Shown: positions 9,953-19,600 of the stretch, piece after piece | Layout of the letters: the number at the start of each line of letters is the position of its first letter | Position numbering within the stretch: the stretch's first letter is position 1 | Origin: a virus | Lineage: Duplodnaviria; Caudoviricetes | Length of the DNA: 48,154 nt | IMG/VR virus record: IMGVR_UViG_3300022177_000052 | Location: 1 to 48,154 of that record | Direction: 5' to 3' (one strand) | Position numbers and translations under genes: made by a program | Notes under the pieces: model-generated | Databases searched by the model: none | The model's input: the letters and a program-made list of their open reading frames with translations, nothing else | What the model was told of the DNA's origin: nothing

Positions 9953-10107
9953 ATGAAATAGTGATTATAGTTGACTGTTTGGGGGAGCCGGAACACTTGA
10001 AGCCGACACCCATGCGTATAATCAATAAAATTTCCCCGATTGAGAAAACAGGTAAAAAAAAGCGAAAAGAACGAAGGTTAAAAAAACGGAAAGGAGGCCG
10101 AAAATGA
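9949..10107 (+). CDS. Small basic hypothetical protein (52 aa)
   Basis: ATGA overlaps at both ends; K/R-rich C-terminus. Confidence 0.5.
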   Translation: MNEIVIIVDCLGEPEHLKPTPMRIINKISPIEKTGKKKRKERRLKKRKGGRK

Positions 10108-10553
10108 AGGTAGCAGTATTTGGGAGCCGGACCCTGAAGGATGAAAGGGTTAAGGTCATTATTCTGGAGAAAATCCACGAACTGAATGCAAGCATGATCG
10201 TAACAACGCAAGAGCCCTCAGGCGTTTGCGAAGTTGCTCAGAGGGTAGCCAAAGAACATGCTATTCCCTTGGAATTACATTTTCTGAATTTCAAATACCT
10301 GAGGGGGGCGTTTGAGCACCGGAGCAAAGAGGTGGTAAGGGTATCGGATTACTTTATCATTATCCATGATGGCGAAAGCAAAGGGACGGCCAATGAGTTG
10401 AAAATGGTTAAGAAATCCGGGAAGCCCTATCATTATGAGATACTGAAGCCAGAGCCACACCAGAACAACGTTGGTTTCAATATAATGAAGGAATGGACCC
10501 TGACAGAGGATGAAAAGGAAAGCGAACAGTTTACATTTGATTTTGAAGAATGA
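10104..10553 (+). CDS. SLOG-superfamily (YspA/DUF2493-like) protein
   Basis: MKVAVFGSRT N-terminus and HDGESKGT motif. Confidence 0.7.
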   Translation: MKVAVFGSRTLKDERVKVIILEKIHELNASMIVTTQEPSGVCEVAQRVAKEHAIPLELHFLNFKYLRGAFEHRSKEVVRVSDYFIIIHDGESKGTANELKMVKKSGKPYHYEILKPEPHQNNVGFNIMKEWTLTEDEKESEQFTFDFEE

Positions 10554-11077
10554 AAGGAAAGCCAGTAAGCCCGGGCAATTGTGACCATTATTTCCCGGTT
10601 GTCAGATCAGGGAACAAATGGACTTTTGGCCCCTGTGAATTTTGCGGAGTAAAGAAACCGAAAGCCAAACTAAAGACCAAAAAGAAGGAGGACCCGAATG
10701 CCGCAATATTTGTCAAAATGGTCAAAACTCAGTTTGGACTGGATATTGTCCCGGAGTATAAATTTCACGCTCAAAGGCAATGGAGGATTGATTTTGCAAT
10801 CCCCGGGAACAGGGTTGCAATTGAGGTTGAAGGGGGCCGGTTTAAAAAAAGGGAATACACCGACAAACAGACCGGGGAGAAAATAACCGCTGTTGGAGGT
10901 AGGCACAACTCCGGAACCGGATTCCGGAACGACATGGACAAATACAACCATTTGTCATGCCTCGGGTGGTTATTGATCAGGACCACCCCGGAGGACCTTA
11001 TTACAGCCAAAACACTTGACAATATCAAAGAATGCGTCAAAATGAATGAACATTGGTCAAAAATGGCCCCTTTTTAG
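10550..11077 (+). CDS. Vsr/DUF559-like PD-(D/E)XK endonuclease
   Basis: EYKFH..RQWRIDFA...VAIEVEGG...DMDKYN....GWLLIR. Confidence 0.75.
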   Translation: MKGKPVSPGNCDHYFPVVRSGNKWTFGPCEFCGVKKPKAKLKTKKKEDPNAAIFVKMVKTQFGLDIVPEYKFHAQRQWRIDFAIPGNRVAIEVEGGRFKKREYTDKQTGEKITAVGGRHNSGTGFRNDMDKYNHLSCLGWLLIRTTPEDLITAKTLDNIKECVKMNEHWSKMAPF

Positions 11078-11087
11078 GCCTAAATTG

Positions 11088-11108
11088 TTACCATGATGGT
11101 TATTTTTG
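11088..11108 (+). promoter_or_regulatory. Palindromic operator overlapping a -7 promoter box
   Basis: TTACCATGATGGTTA 11088-11102; TATTTTTG 11101-11108. Confidence 0.65.
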
Positions 11109-11126
11109 TACTAAATTTCTCAAACT

Positions 11127-11765
11127 ATGCAAATAAAGAAAATCCCTATTGCAAAACTCCAATTGAACACCGGCCAGATTGAGGGACTGCCAAAGAACCC
11201 CCGGATTAAAAAGAGTGCGGAGTTTCGTAAGTTGATGAACTCAATCAAGGAGGACCCGGAAATGTTAGAACTCCGGGAACTGCTTGTAATACCTTACAAG
11301 GATGATTTTGTTGTCATTGCCGGGAACATGCGACTGATGGCAATGAAAAGCCTGTCATTCACGGAAGCCCCCTGTAAGATACTCCCGGAGGACACCCCTG
11401 TTGAGAAACTGAAAGCAATCACAATCAAGGATAATGTTTCTTATGGTGATTGGGATTGGGAGTTGCTTGGTGAGGATTGGGACATTCCGACACTGGAACA
11501 TTACGGTCTGGACGTGCCGGATGCAATCAAGGATGAAGAAGATTTTCACAAGCAGTTTAAAAAATACAATGATCAGAATGCTATTTACCCACTGGTGCCG
11601 GAGTTTGAGGAGTTCAATGAGGTATTTATAATTGTTTCCTCAAATGAGATTGATGCTAATTGGCTCCGTGAAAAACTTGGTCTGCAGAAAATGAAATCCT
11701 ACAAAAGGGATGAAGTGAAAAAGAGCAATATCATTAACATTAACGACCTGAAAAATGTCCTGTAA
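11127..11765 (+). CDS. ParB/Srx N-terminal domain protein
   Basis: KNPR...KLMNSIKE...VIAGNMRLMA...KDN...GDWD. Confidence 0.85.
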   Translation: MQIKKIPIAKLQLNTGQIEGLPKNPRIKKSAEFRKLMNSIKEDPEMLELRELLVIPYKDDFVVIAGNMRLMAMKSLSFTEAPCKILPEDTPVEKLKAITIKDNVSYGDWDWELLGEDWDIPTLEHYGLDVPDAIKDEEDFHKQFKKYNDQNAIYPLVPEFEEFNEVFIIVSSNEIDANWLREKLGLQKMKSYKRDEVKKSNIININDLKNVL

Positions 11766-12492
11766 TATCGTTATTCCTTCACACAAAAGGGCCGACCGGG
11801 TTTCTACAATTCAGCTTGTAAGCAATCCAATATTGTGCGTGGCCGAAAGCCAGAAGGATGAATATGCAAGGCACAACCCCGGGGTGGAAATCGTTACACA
11901 CCCGGATTCCGTTGTTGGGCTGATTCCAAAACGAAATTGGATGCTAAAGCACTTCAGGGAGTTGTTCATGTTGGATGATGATATCATGTTTTGCCAGAGC
12001 CTCCACAAACAGGTTTCAAACAGCCAGATCAAGGACCCGGAAAAGGTCCGGCAGATCATTGAAAACCTGTATCACCTTGCAAAGGACCTTGATATAAAAT
12101 TGTTCGGATTCAATAAGAACCCACGCCCAGAACAGTTTGACGTGTTTGAACCGATTACCCTCAGGCAGCAGATTACCGGCTGTGCTTATGGAGTTATTGA
12201 TGATGGTGAACTGTATTGGCCGGAGGAACTGAAACTGAAAGAAGATATCTGGATTTCCTGTTATTGTAAGTATCTGAACCGGAAAATCCTGATTGATAAC
12301 CGGTACAACTTCGCACAAAAGGACACCATGAGAAACCCCGGGGGCCTGAGTGAAATCCGGAACTCTCAAACGGAAATGGAATCTATCCTGTACGTGAAAA
12401 AACATTTCGGGGATTCTATCCGGCTGAAAAATTCACAGCATAAGGCAGAGAACAAAAAAAAATACAATATAACGACAACTTTCAGGTTTTGA
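11755..12492 (+). CDS. GREB1/TET-associated glycosyltransferase (TAGT)-like protein
   Basis: IVIPSHKR, KRNW, MLDDD, LKED and NPGG motifs; follows ParB. Confidence 0.7.
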   Translation: MSCNIVIPSHKRADRVSTIQLVSNPILCVAESQKDEYARHNPGVEIVTHPDSVVGLIPKRNWMLKHFRELFMLDDDIMFCQSLHKQVSNSQIKDPEKVRQIIENLYHLAKDLDIKLFGFNKNPRPEQFDVFEPITLRQQITGCAYGVIDDGELYWPEELKLKEDIWISCYCKYLNRKILIDNRYNFAQKDTMRNPGGLSEIRNSQTEMESILYVKKHFGDSIRLKNSQHKAENKKKYNITTTFRF

Positions 12493-12571
12493 AATTTGGA
12501 TATATAGTTGAAATGAACTAATTTAATGTTGTGAAAATGAATAACATAAACCTATACACAACAGCAACAAA

Positions 12572-13108
12572 ATGGACAAAACACTAAGAACAATCAAGGG
12601 GTACGATTTCCACGAATGTACTTCAGCAATGCAAAAGGCAATCCGGAGGGCTGATGCCGCAGTTGCCGGTTATTTCGCACTGGAATTGTGGCATTCAGGA
12701 TACTGGAATTACGTCTGGAAAAGGCTTTTCACGATTTCAGCAGAGGATTGTCATGGATTGATAACAAAGGAAATTGAAGCCCTTTACAATGGCTATATGC
12801 TTGTTAACAAGGGAGCGAAAACACACAAAGGGAGGATATTTATTTCCAAAGCTGTCATTTTGCTGTGCCATGTTGCCAAAAGCAGGGATGCAGATCATTT
12901 GCAATGTATCATTTATGACAAAGACATGGTTGATGCTGATTCATTTCTGGAGGAAGTCAGGCAGGAAATGAAACCGATTCCGACCTATGCGTTTGACTGC
13001 CATACACAAACAGGCCGGAGGATGGGTAAAACTAAGGAGGATTTTTTCAAAGAGGAGTTTAACGCCCTTTCCCCGAAGCAATTAGGCCTGTTTGATAACT
13101 TGATTTAA
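12572..13108 (+). CDS. Stand-alone RarA/MgsA C-terminal-like helical domain protein
   Basis: SAMQKAIRRAD...WKRL..ISAED...IPTYAFDCHT..GR; no Walker A. Confidence 0.65.
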   Translation: MDKTLRTIKGYDFHECTSAMQKAIRRADAAVAGYFALELWHSGYWNYVWKRLFTISAEDCHGLITKEIEALYNGYMLVNKGAKTHKGRIFISKAVILLCHVAKSRDADHLQCIIYDKDMVDADSFLEEVRQEMKPIPTYAFDCHTQTGRRMGKTKEDFFKEEFNALSPKQLGLFDNLI

Positions 13109-13116
13109 AACTTGAT

Positions 13117-13142
13117 AGGGCAACCAGATTGCCCTTTTTTTT
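13117..13142 (+). terminator. Intrinsic terminator
   Basis: AGGGCAA-ccaga-TTGCCCT followed by a T run. Confidence 0.65.
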
Positions 13143-13174
13143 GGTTGGTAATACGTTTGAAAATACGTTGAATT

Positions 13175-13561
13175 ATGAGTAGGAACAAAAACACTACCAG
13201 ACAGAATAAAAAGCTGTTGTTGGAGGCACTTGAAAAGACCCTTGGAGTGGTAAGCACCGCCTGTAAACTTGCTAATGTCAGCCGGGGAGTATTTTATGAG
13301 TATTATAACAAGGATGAAAAATTCCGGCAACAGGTTGACGAAATTGAGCAGATCAGTATTGATTTCGCAGAGAGCCAGTTACTAAAGCAGATCAAAGGAG
13401 GTAACACCACGGCAACAATATTCTATCTAAAGACCAAAGGCAAGGCCCGGGGATACGTTGAAAAGCAGGAGGTTGGATTGACCGGAGAAAACCCCTTTTT
13501 GGAGGCAATGAAGGAGGCCAGTAGGTTAAGGAGGGAGGAACAAAAGAATGGACAAGACTGA
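13175..13561 (+). CDS. Terminase small subunit
   Basis: HTH with ATIFYLKTKGKARGYVE, directly upstream of TerL. Confidence 0.8.
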   Translation: MSRNKNTTRQNKKLLLEALEKTLGVVSTACKLANVSRGVFYEYYNKDEKFRQQVDEIEQISIDFAESQLLKQIKGGNTTATIFYLKTKGKARGYVEKQEVGLTGENPFLEAMKEASRLRREEQKNGQD

Positions 13562-15071
13562 GTTTGCCCGGAATATCCTGTATTATCAGGAGGACTGGTG
13601 CCGGTTTGCCCGGGACATTCTCAGAATACAGTTGGACCCTCAGCAGGAGGCAATTCTAAGGGGAGTTCAGCAGAACAAAATGGTATCAGTAAGATCGGGG
13701 ACCGCCCGGGGGAAGGACTTTGTTTCAGCAGCAGCAGCCCTGTGTTTCCTGTACTTGACACCAGATTTTGACGAAAAGGGGGAAATGGTTGCCTCTACCA
13801 AAATAGCGTTGACGGCCCCAACAGGAAGGCAGATCAGAAACATTATGATTCCAGAGATCAGCAAAATGTTTAACAGGGCTAAATTTCTACCGGGGAAACT
13901 TATGGCTGATGGAATCCGGTTTGAGTATTACAAAGACTGGTTTCTGGTGGGATTCAAAGCAAGCGATTCAGCAGAATCATGGTCAGGATTTCACGCTGTT
14001 AATACTATGTTCGTGATTACTGAGGCCTCCGGGATACCAGAAACAATTTATGAAGCGATTGAAGGTAACTTACAACAGAACTCCCGGATGCTATTGGTAT
14101 TCAACCCAAACGTGGTAACAGGGTATGCAGCCAATTCGCAGAAATCCCCCCGGTTCGCTAAATTCCGTTTGAGTTCGTTGGATGCGCCAAACGTGCTTGC
14201 AAAGAAACTGATATTCCCGGGACAAGTTGACTATGAGTGGGTATGTGACAAGGTAAGATCATGGTCAACCCCTATTCAGGAGAGTGATTTCCTTGAATCT
14301 GAGGGTGATTTCAGGTTTCAATTGCCGGATGAACCGGAAAGGCTATACCGGCCAAATGACCTGTTTAGGATTAAGATTTTGGGGATGTTCCCGAAGGCCG
14401 GGGAGGACAATCTAATTCCAATTGACTGGATTGAGTTGGCAAATCAGAGGTGGTTGGAAAAAATGGAGTTCCTTGATCAGGAAAACCTTGGACCGAAACG
14501 GTTAGGCGTTGACGTGGCCGGGATGGGCCGGGATTCCAGTGTATTATGCCACCGACACGAAAGCCTTGTCTGGAAGTTTGACGTTCATTTTGCGGCAGGG
14601 AAAGCAGATCACATGAACATTGCCGGGATGGTTGCAAATTATCTCAAAATAAACCCTGAAAACAAGGCATTCATTGACACCATTGGAGAGGGAGCCGGGG
14701 TTTACAGCCGTTTGGAGGAGTTGGGGTTTGAGAATGCCATATCGTGTAAGTTTTCTGAAGGGGCAAACGGCCTGAATGACATTACCGGAGTGTACAAATT
14801 TGCCAATATGAGGGCTTATTTGTTTTGGGCTGTCCGGGATTGGCTGAACCCTGCCAACAAAAAGGATGCATGTTTGCCCCCGGATGATCAGCTAATGGAG
14901 GAAGCCACAGCAATCAAGTGGAAATTCCGGTCCGATGGCTCCATAATCATTGAACCTAAGGAGGATATTAAAAGCCGGTTAGGGAGGTCCCCTGACAAGT
15001 TTGATGCGCTTGCAAATACTTTTTACCCTGCAGGTGAAAATTCGGTTGACTTGTCCACAATATTCTATTAG
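13548..15071 (+). CDS. Terminase large subunit
   Basis: SGTARGKD Walker A, VITEA Walker B, GVDVAGMGRD nuclease, SPDKFDAL. Confidence 0.92.
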   Translation: MDKTEFARNILYYQEDWCRFARDILRIQLDPQQEAILRGVQQNKMVSVRSGTARGKDFVSAAAALCFLYLTPDFDEKGEMVASTKIALTAPTGRQIRNIMIPEISKMFNRAKFLPGKLMADGIRFEYYKDWFLVGFKASDSAESWSGFHAVNTMFVITEASGIPETIYEAIEGNLQQNSRMLLVFNPNVVTGYAANSQKSPRFAKFRLSSLDAPNVLAKKLIFPGQVDYEWVCDKVRSWSTPIQESDFLESEGDFRFQLPDEPERLYRPNDLFRIKILGMFPKAGEDNLIPIDWIELANQRWLEKMEFLDQENLGPKRLGVDVAGMGRDSSVLCHRHESLVWKFDVHFAAGKADHMNIAGMVANYLKINPENKAFIDTIGEGAGVYSRLEELGFENAISCKFSEGANGLNDITGVYKFANMRAYLFWAVRDWLNPANKKDACLPPDDQLMEEATAIKWKFRSDGSIIIEPKEDIKSRLGRSPDKFDALANTFYPAGENSVDLSTIFY

Positions 15072-15076
15072 CTTTG

Positions 15077-15091
15077 TGCCCATGATGGTAA
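15077..15091. promoter_or_regulatory. Degenerate palindromic operator before the portal gene
   Basis: TGCCCATGATGGTAA. Confidence 0.55.
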
Positions 15092-15101
15092 CTTTTTTAA
15101 A

Positions 15102-16514
15102 ATGACAGAAATAAACCTGAACACAGCAGCAGCAGCAGAGGCCGTTAAGAAGGTCACAAGCTACAAGAGGCAAGTTGACATTTCAAAACTGAAAGGGGAG
15201 TATGACCCTGAAGGTCATGCAGTAATGGACCTGACAAAGAGGCCAAATAAAAAAGTTGCAAGCAAACCCGGCCAAACAAAAGAGGTTCCGGTTGCAAGGC
15301 TCCCACTGTCATTTCAAAAGATAATTGTAAACCGGGCACAGGCATTCCTATTCACAAACCCTGTGGCAGTGAAACTGGAAACAGAGGACCTGACAAACAA
15401 GGATGCTGTTACGCTGTTGGAAATGGTGAAATACATTCTAAAGAAAAATAAGGCTAACAGCCTTAACAGCGAAATTGCCCGGACATTATTCAGCCAGACA
15501 GCCGTTGCTGAATATTGGTATCCGGTGGAGGATGCAACCTTTTGGAAAAAGTTTCTAAAAAAAACCAAAACGGATGCTCAGGCAGGGTCAAAATTCCGGT
15601 TGCGCTGTATGCTGTTTTCTCCATTCGCAGGGGACACCCTGTATCCTGTTTTTGACCAGTATAATGACATGATTGCCTTTGGTCGTGGGTACACCATTGC
15701 TCAGGATGGAGTAAAAACGGAATACCTTGACTTATTTACCCCGGAGAGAATCCGAAGGTTTAAGAATGACAAAGAAAAGGGGTGGATAGTTGAAAGCGAC
15801 CAACCCAATATCCTAAATAAAATTCCTATTGTTTACTATTCTCAGGATGAAACTGAATGGAGTGATGTTCAACACTTGATTGAACGCCTTGAAACCCTGT
15901 TATCAAACTTTTCAGATACAAACGACTACTTTGCAGCCCCGATGGTAAAGGTGAAGGGAAAAGTAACCGGATTCGCTGAAAAGAACGACACCGGCAAGGT
16001 GATCACAATATCCGATGGTGGTGATGCCAGTTATCTGACTTGGGAGCAGGCCCCGGATGCAATCAAGTTGGAAATTGACACCCTGCAAAACTTTATTTTT
16101 TCGTTGACCCAAACCCCTGACATTTCTTTTAAGACAGTGCAGGGTATTTCAAATATTTCAGGCATTGCCCTGAAACTGTTATTCCTTGATGCATACCTGA
16201 AGGCAGTTAACAAACTGGAAGTATTTGATGAAGCGATGGCCCGAAGGCTGTCAATCCTGAAAGGATATTGCACCCTATTCAATAAAGCAATGGAAAAAGG
16301 CGTTTCTGATGTTGATCTGGAGGCTGAAATTACACCGTATATCCCGGAAAGCCTCAAAGAGGTTGTTGACATGTTAAGCAGCGCAACCGGAGGAAAGCAG
16401 ATCATTTCACAGGCAACAGCCGTTGGAATGACTGGACTGGTAGAGAACGTAGATGCGGAATTAGATAAAATTAAGCAGGAACAAATTAACGAAATAGGAG
16501 AAACATTTGTATGA
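15102..16514 (+). CDS. SPP1-type portal protein
   Basis: KIPIVYY, DTNDYFAAP, TPDISF, ISGIALK; follows TerL. Confidence 0.9.
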   Translation: MTEINLNTAAAAEAVKKVTSYKRQVDISKLKGEYDPEGHAVMDLTKRPNKKVASKPGQTKEVPVARLPLSFQKIIVNRAQAFLFTNPVAVKLETEDLTNKDAVTLLEMVKYILKKNKANSLNSEIARTLFSQTAVAEYWYPVEDATFWKKFLKKTKTDAQAGSKFRLRCMLFSPFAGDTLYPVFDQYNDMIAFGRGYTIAQDGVKTEYLDLFTPERIRRFKNDKEKGWIVESDQPNILNKIPIVYYSQDETEWSDVQHLIERLETLLSNFSDTNDYFAAPMVKVKGKVTGFAEKNDTGKVITISDGGDASYLTWEQAPDAIKLEIDTLQNFIFSLTQTPDISFKTVQGISNISGIALKLLFLDAYLKAVNKLEVFDEAMARRLSILKGYCTLFNKAMEKGVSDVDLEAEITPYIPESLKEVVDMLSSATGGKQIISQATAVGMTGLVENVDAELDKIKQEQINEIGETFV

Positions 16515-16753
16515 TGACAAACTTTCAGGAGTTCAGGTGCCTTTTTTACAAAGGGGAATCTGAGAAGGGTGCGCCCCTTTACAGTGCCGGCAGAATAACT
16601 ATTGACCTGAACACCGTTGTAGCATTCAACCCCTTCACAAAGGACGGACATACCGTTCTGAGGTGCATTGACGGACAAAGCTATATTGTAAGATGCGAGT
16701 ATGAGGAAATGAAAGACAGGATTGAAAGTTTCGCTGTAAGATTTGAAAACTAA
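16511..16753 (+). CDS. Hypothetical protein
   Basis: Coupled ORF between portal and MuF. Confidence 0.6.
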   Translation: MMTNFQEFRCLFYKGESEKGAPLYSAGRITIDLNTVVAFNPFTKDGHTVLRCIDGQSYIVRCEYEEMKDRIESFAVRFEN

Positions 16754-18456
16754 TGGCCCGGCCAGACCCTTTTGACCTTAAACATATCAGGAACGTTGAA
16801 GCCTATGCAAAGAAAATAGATCAACTGTATTCCACTGCAATAGGGAAATTGGCTCAGATCGGTTTAGGAGTACCGGTTGGGCCGGATGAAGTATTCCGCT
16901 TTTCCAATGCCAATGCCGTAAAAGCCAGAATAAACGCAATATTCAGCGAAATGGCTAAGGGGATGGAGGCTGTTGTTTACAATGGCGTGAAAAGCCAGTG
17001 GAATTTCGGGGACCAGAAGGCAATCACTCAAACCATGCAGGGGTTAAAAGGCGTTTTATCCCGGGAGGCATTTGAGGGGATTTCAGCGCAAAAGTTTGGA
17101 GCCACTGACAAGGCCCTGCAATCATTTCTGTCCCGGAAGGATGCCGGTATGGGGTTATCTGACAGGGTTTGGAGGTACACGGAACAATTCAAGGCTGAAA
17201 TGGAATTGGCCTTACAGGTCGGGGTGAAGGGTGGTACCAGTGCCCGGGTACTTGCAACCGAAATGAAACAATACTTGAAGGAACCGAACAAGCTGTTTCG
17301 CAGGGTCCGGGATGAATTTGGTCAATTACACCTGTCCAAAGCAGCCAAGGCATACAACCCGGGGAGGGGCGTATATCGGTCCAGTTATAAGAATGCGTTG
17401 AGATTAACCCGGACAGAGATCAATATGGCGTACCGGAGTGCCGAAAACCAGAGGTACCAAAGCCTTCCCTTCATTGTGGGGTATGAGGTCAGGCTATCCA
17501 ACAGACACCCGGAGGTTGATATTTGTGACGACTTGAAGGGGAAATATCCGAAGGATTTCGTTTTCCGTGGTTGGCATCCTCAATGCCTGTGCCATACAGT
17601 CCCGATATTTGCCACTGAAGCCGAATATGACCGTATGGAGGAACAATTGTTGTCCGGGAAGGGGATAACACCCATTGAAGGGAGAAACGCTGTTAAAGAG
17701 CCTCCAAATGGTTTTAAGGATTGGATTGATCGGAATAAGGCCCGGGCCTCCGGATGGAGGTCACAGCCGTATTTTATCCGGGATAATTTTGCCGGGGGGA
17801 TGATTCAGGGCGGTTTGCTTACCACGTTGAACCGGGACCTGAGAATTGTGCCACTGGAAAGGGACCGGATATTCATTACTGAAGCACGTAAGGCAGCCCC
17901 GGAACTGGACCTGAAATCAATGGCGTTGGCTCAGAGCATGGGAATTAATGTTACCCCTATGAACCTGAAGTCTGTTAGTAGGATTGCAGAGAAAGCCGCT
18001 AATGAATACGGAGGGGATTATTCAAGGGTGAAGGACATTGTTCGTAACACTTTTGTTTGCCCTGAATCCAAATTCAAAGAGGTATTTGCCGGGATTGACA
18101 AAAACTTTGAGGTAATCCGGAGGACTGAAAGGTTGAAGGAAACGGACCCCTTGGGTTACTCCGGCCACCTGTTGAATGTGAAAATCAAGGGAGGGGCAAC
18201 CGGGGAAATTCAGGTCAATACTCCGCAAATGATTTATGGCAAGGATTCTGAAAAGAGTGCAAGGGCTATTCTCGGGGATGATCTGTTTGAAAAGATCAAG
18301 CGCAAAAGCGGTCTGGAGCCTGGTCTGGGTCATGACTATTATGAACAATGGAGAAACCTTAACCCATTGATTGACAGTGATGCGGCCAAAATGAGGGTTA
18401 TTGAAAAAAAGGCAATAGCTTATTACACCAAAATCAGGCAGATAAGTTTGGATTGA
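16753..18456 (+). CDS. MuF/gp7-like minor head protein fused to a C-terminal RelA/SpoT-like nucleotidyltransferase toxin domain
   Basis: LSDRVW, RLTRTE, CDDLKGKYPKDF.F.GWHPQCLC (MuF); C-terminal LKS..RI.EK, KDIVR, GYSG, EIQVNT. Confidence 0.8.
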   Translation: MARPDPFDLKHIRNVEAYAKKIDQLYSTAIGKLAQIGLGVPVGPDEVFRFSNANAVKARINAIFSEMAKGMEAVVYNGVKSQWNFGDQKAITQTMQGLKGVLSREAFEGISAQKFGATDKALQSFLSRKDAGMGLSDRVWRYTEQFKAEMELALQVGVKGGTSARVLATEMKQYLKEPNKLFRRVRDEFGQLHLSKAAKAYNPGRGVYRSSYKNALRLTRTEINMAYRSAENQRYQSLPFIVGYEVRLSNRHPEVDICDDLKGKYPKDFVFRGWHPQCLCHTVPIFATEAEYDRMEEQLLSGKGITPIEGRNAVKEPPNGFKDWIDRNKARASGWRSQPYFIRDNFAGGMIQGGLLTTLNRDLRIVPLERDRIFITEARKAAPELDLKSMALAQSMGINVTPMNLKSVSRIAEKAANEYGGDYSRVKDIVRNTFVCPESKFKEVFAGIDKNFEVIRRTERLKETDPLGYSGHLLNVKIKGGATGEIQVNTPQMIYGKDSEKSARAILGDDLFEKIKRKSGLEPGLGHDYYEQWRNLNPLIDSDAAKMRVIEKKAIAYYTKIRQISLD

Positions 18457-18510
18457 AAAATATTTGTAATTTGTTAAATATTAACAATTTAACGTTAATT
18501 TTGCAGTGAA

Positions 18511-18729
18511 ATGACAAGGGATGAACTTTTTGAGAAACTAAAAAAGGAGCCGGTCTATTTCCTTAATGCGTTTGAGGGGGCTGTTATCAGAACGGACCCA
18601 AAAAGGCAACAAATCTTTGTAAAATTCAAAGGAGGAAAGGAAATGCTTGCAAAGCAAGGCAGCACTGTTGTTGCTGATGCAATGATTTCAGAAAACATTA
18701 TTTCCAAAGCAGAGTATGAAAAATACTAA
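18511..18729 (+). CDS. Small protein, candidate immunity factor for the MuF toxin domain
   Basis: Immediately downstream of the toxin fusion; own -7 box TAATTTTG (18496-18503) and a downstream terminator. Confidence 0.5.
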   Translation: MTRDELFEKLKKEPVYFLNAFEGAVIRTDPKRQQIFVKFKGGKEMLAKQGSTVVADAMISENIISKAEYEKY

Positions 18730-18806
18730 TGAAGGGCACAACGGACAAGGCTGTGGCAGTTGAAACAAACTGGTGGGATGCGTGTGGTTGAAAAGCCCGG
18801 ATAGCT

Positions 18807-18840
18807 GAGGCAATCATTAAGTTGGTTGCCTCTTTTTTTT
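18807..18840 (+). terminator. Intrinsic terminator
   Basis: GAGGCAATCA...TGGTTGCCTC followed by a T run. Confidence 0.75.
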
Positions 18841-18950
18841 GCCCTCCCTTTCCAAAATAGAAAGATTTATTTTCAAAATAAGATACTTTTGTTTGCTTTT
18901 CTGGTTTCAGCGGTTTACTTTTGGCCGTGAAACCTTAAAACAGCAACCGT

Positions 18951-19493
18951 ATGAATGAGAAAGTAATTGAACTTGCAAAGAAACTGAAGGCCCTTGCAGA
19001 TCAGGGCGTTGGAGGGGAAAAGGAAAACGCAACAGCCATGTTGGAGCGACTGATGAAAAAACATGGTATTTCATTGGCCGATATTGAAGGGGACCAGATC
19101 AGGTCCCACGAACTGAAATACTCAGGAAAGGACAAACAGTTTTGCAGACAGGTGATTTCAAGTGTATTGGGGAGCCTCAGGGGGAAAGTGTTTGAATACA
19201 AATCAAGCTATTCCCGGGCAAAGGTCTTGATAATTGAATGCACTGAAGCAGAATTTCTGTTGATTGATGCAAAGATTGATTTCTACTGGAAAGCGTATCA
19301 GGAGGAGTTGGAAGTTTTCTATTCAGCATTTATTCAGAAAAATGCCCTGTGGAGAAAACAGGATGAAAATGAAAAGGAGGAAAAACAACCGTTGAACCCG
19401 GAAGAAAAGGCCAAACTGTTTAGGATGTTACAACTGATGGAAGGGATTAACTCCCACGTAATGAACCCGATGTTAACGGAAGGCGGTAATTAG
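18951..19493 (+). CDS. DUF2786-like protein
   Basis: KKLKALA..GVGGEKENA..MLERLMKKHGI; promoter TTTG(18892)-N20-TACTTTTG(18916). Confidence 0.65.
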   Translation: MNEKVIELAKKLKALADQGVGGEKENATAMLERLMKKHGISLADIEGDQIRSHELKYSGKDKQFCRQVISSVLGSLRGKVFEYKSSYSRAKVLIIECTEAEFLLIDAKIDFYWKAYQEELEVFYSAFIQKNALWRKQDENEKEEKQPLNPEEKAKLFRMLQLMEGINSHVMNPMLTEGGN

Positions 19494-19504
19494 GTAGAAT
19501 GAAA

Positions 19505-19600
19505 ATAAATAAGTTGATTTTTACAAAATATTTATGCTAATTTGTTGGTTATCAATTATTTAGTATTATATTTACTGTACAAACCTTAACAACAGCAACC
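19505..19600 (+). repeat. ~96-bp promoter/leader cassette repeat, copy 1 of 5
   Basis: ATAAATAAGTTG...AAAATA...TTGTTGGT...TAGTATTATATTTACTGTACAAACCTTAACAACAGCAAC then ATG. Confidence 0.85.

Noticed and set aside
18729-18791. 20-codon ORF (MKGTTDKAVAVETNWWDACG) before the terminator
   Set aside because: Too short and without independent support as a peptide or leader.
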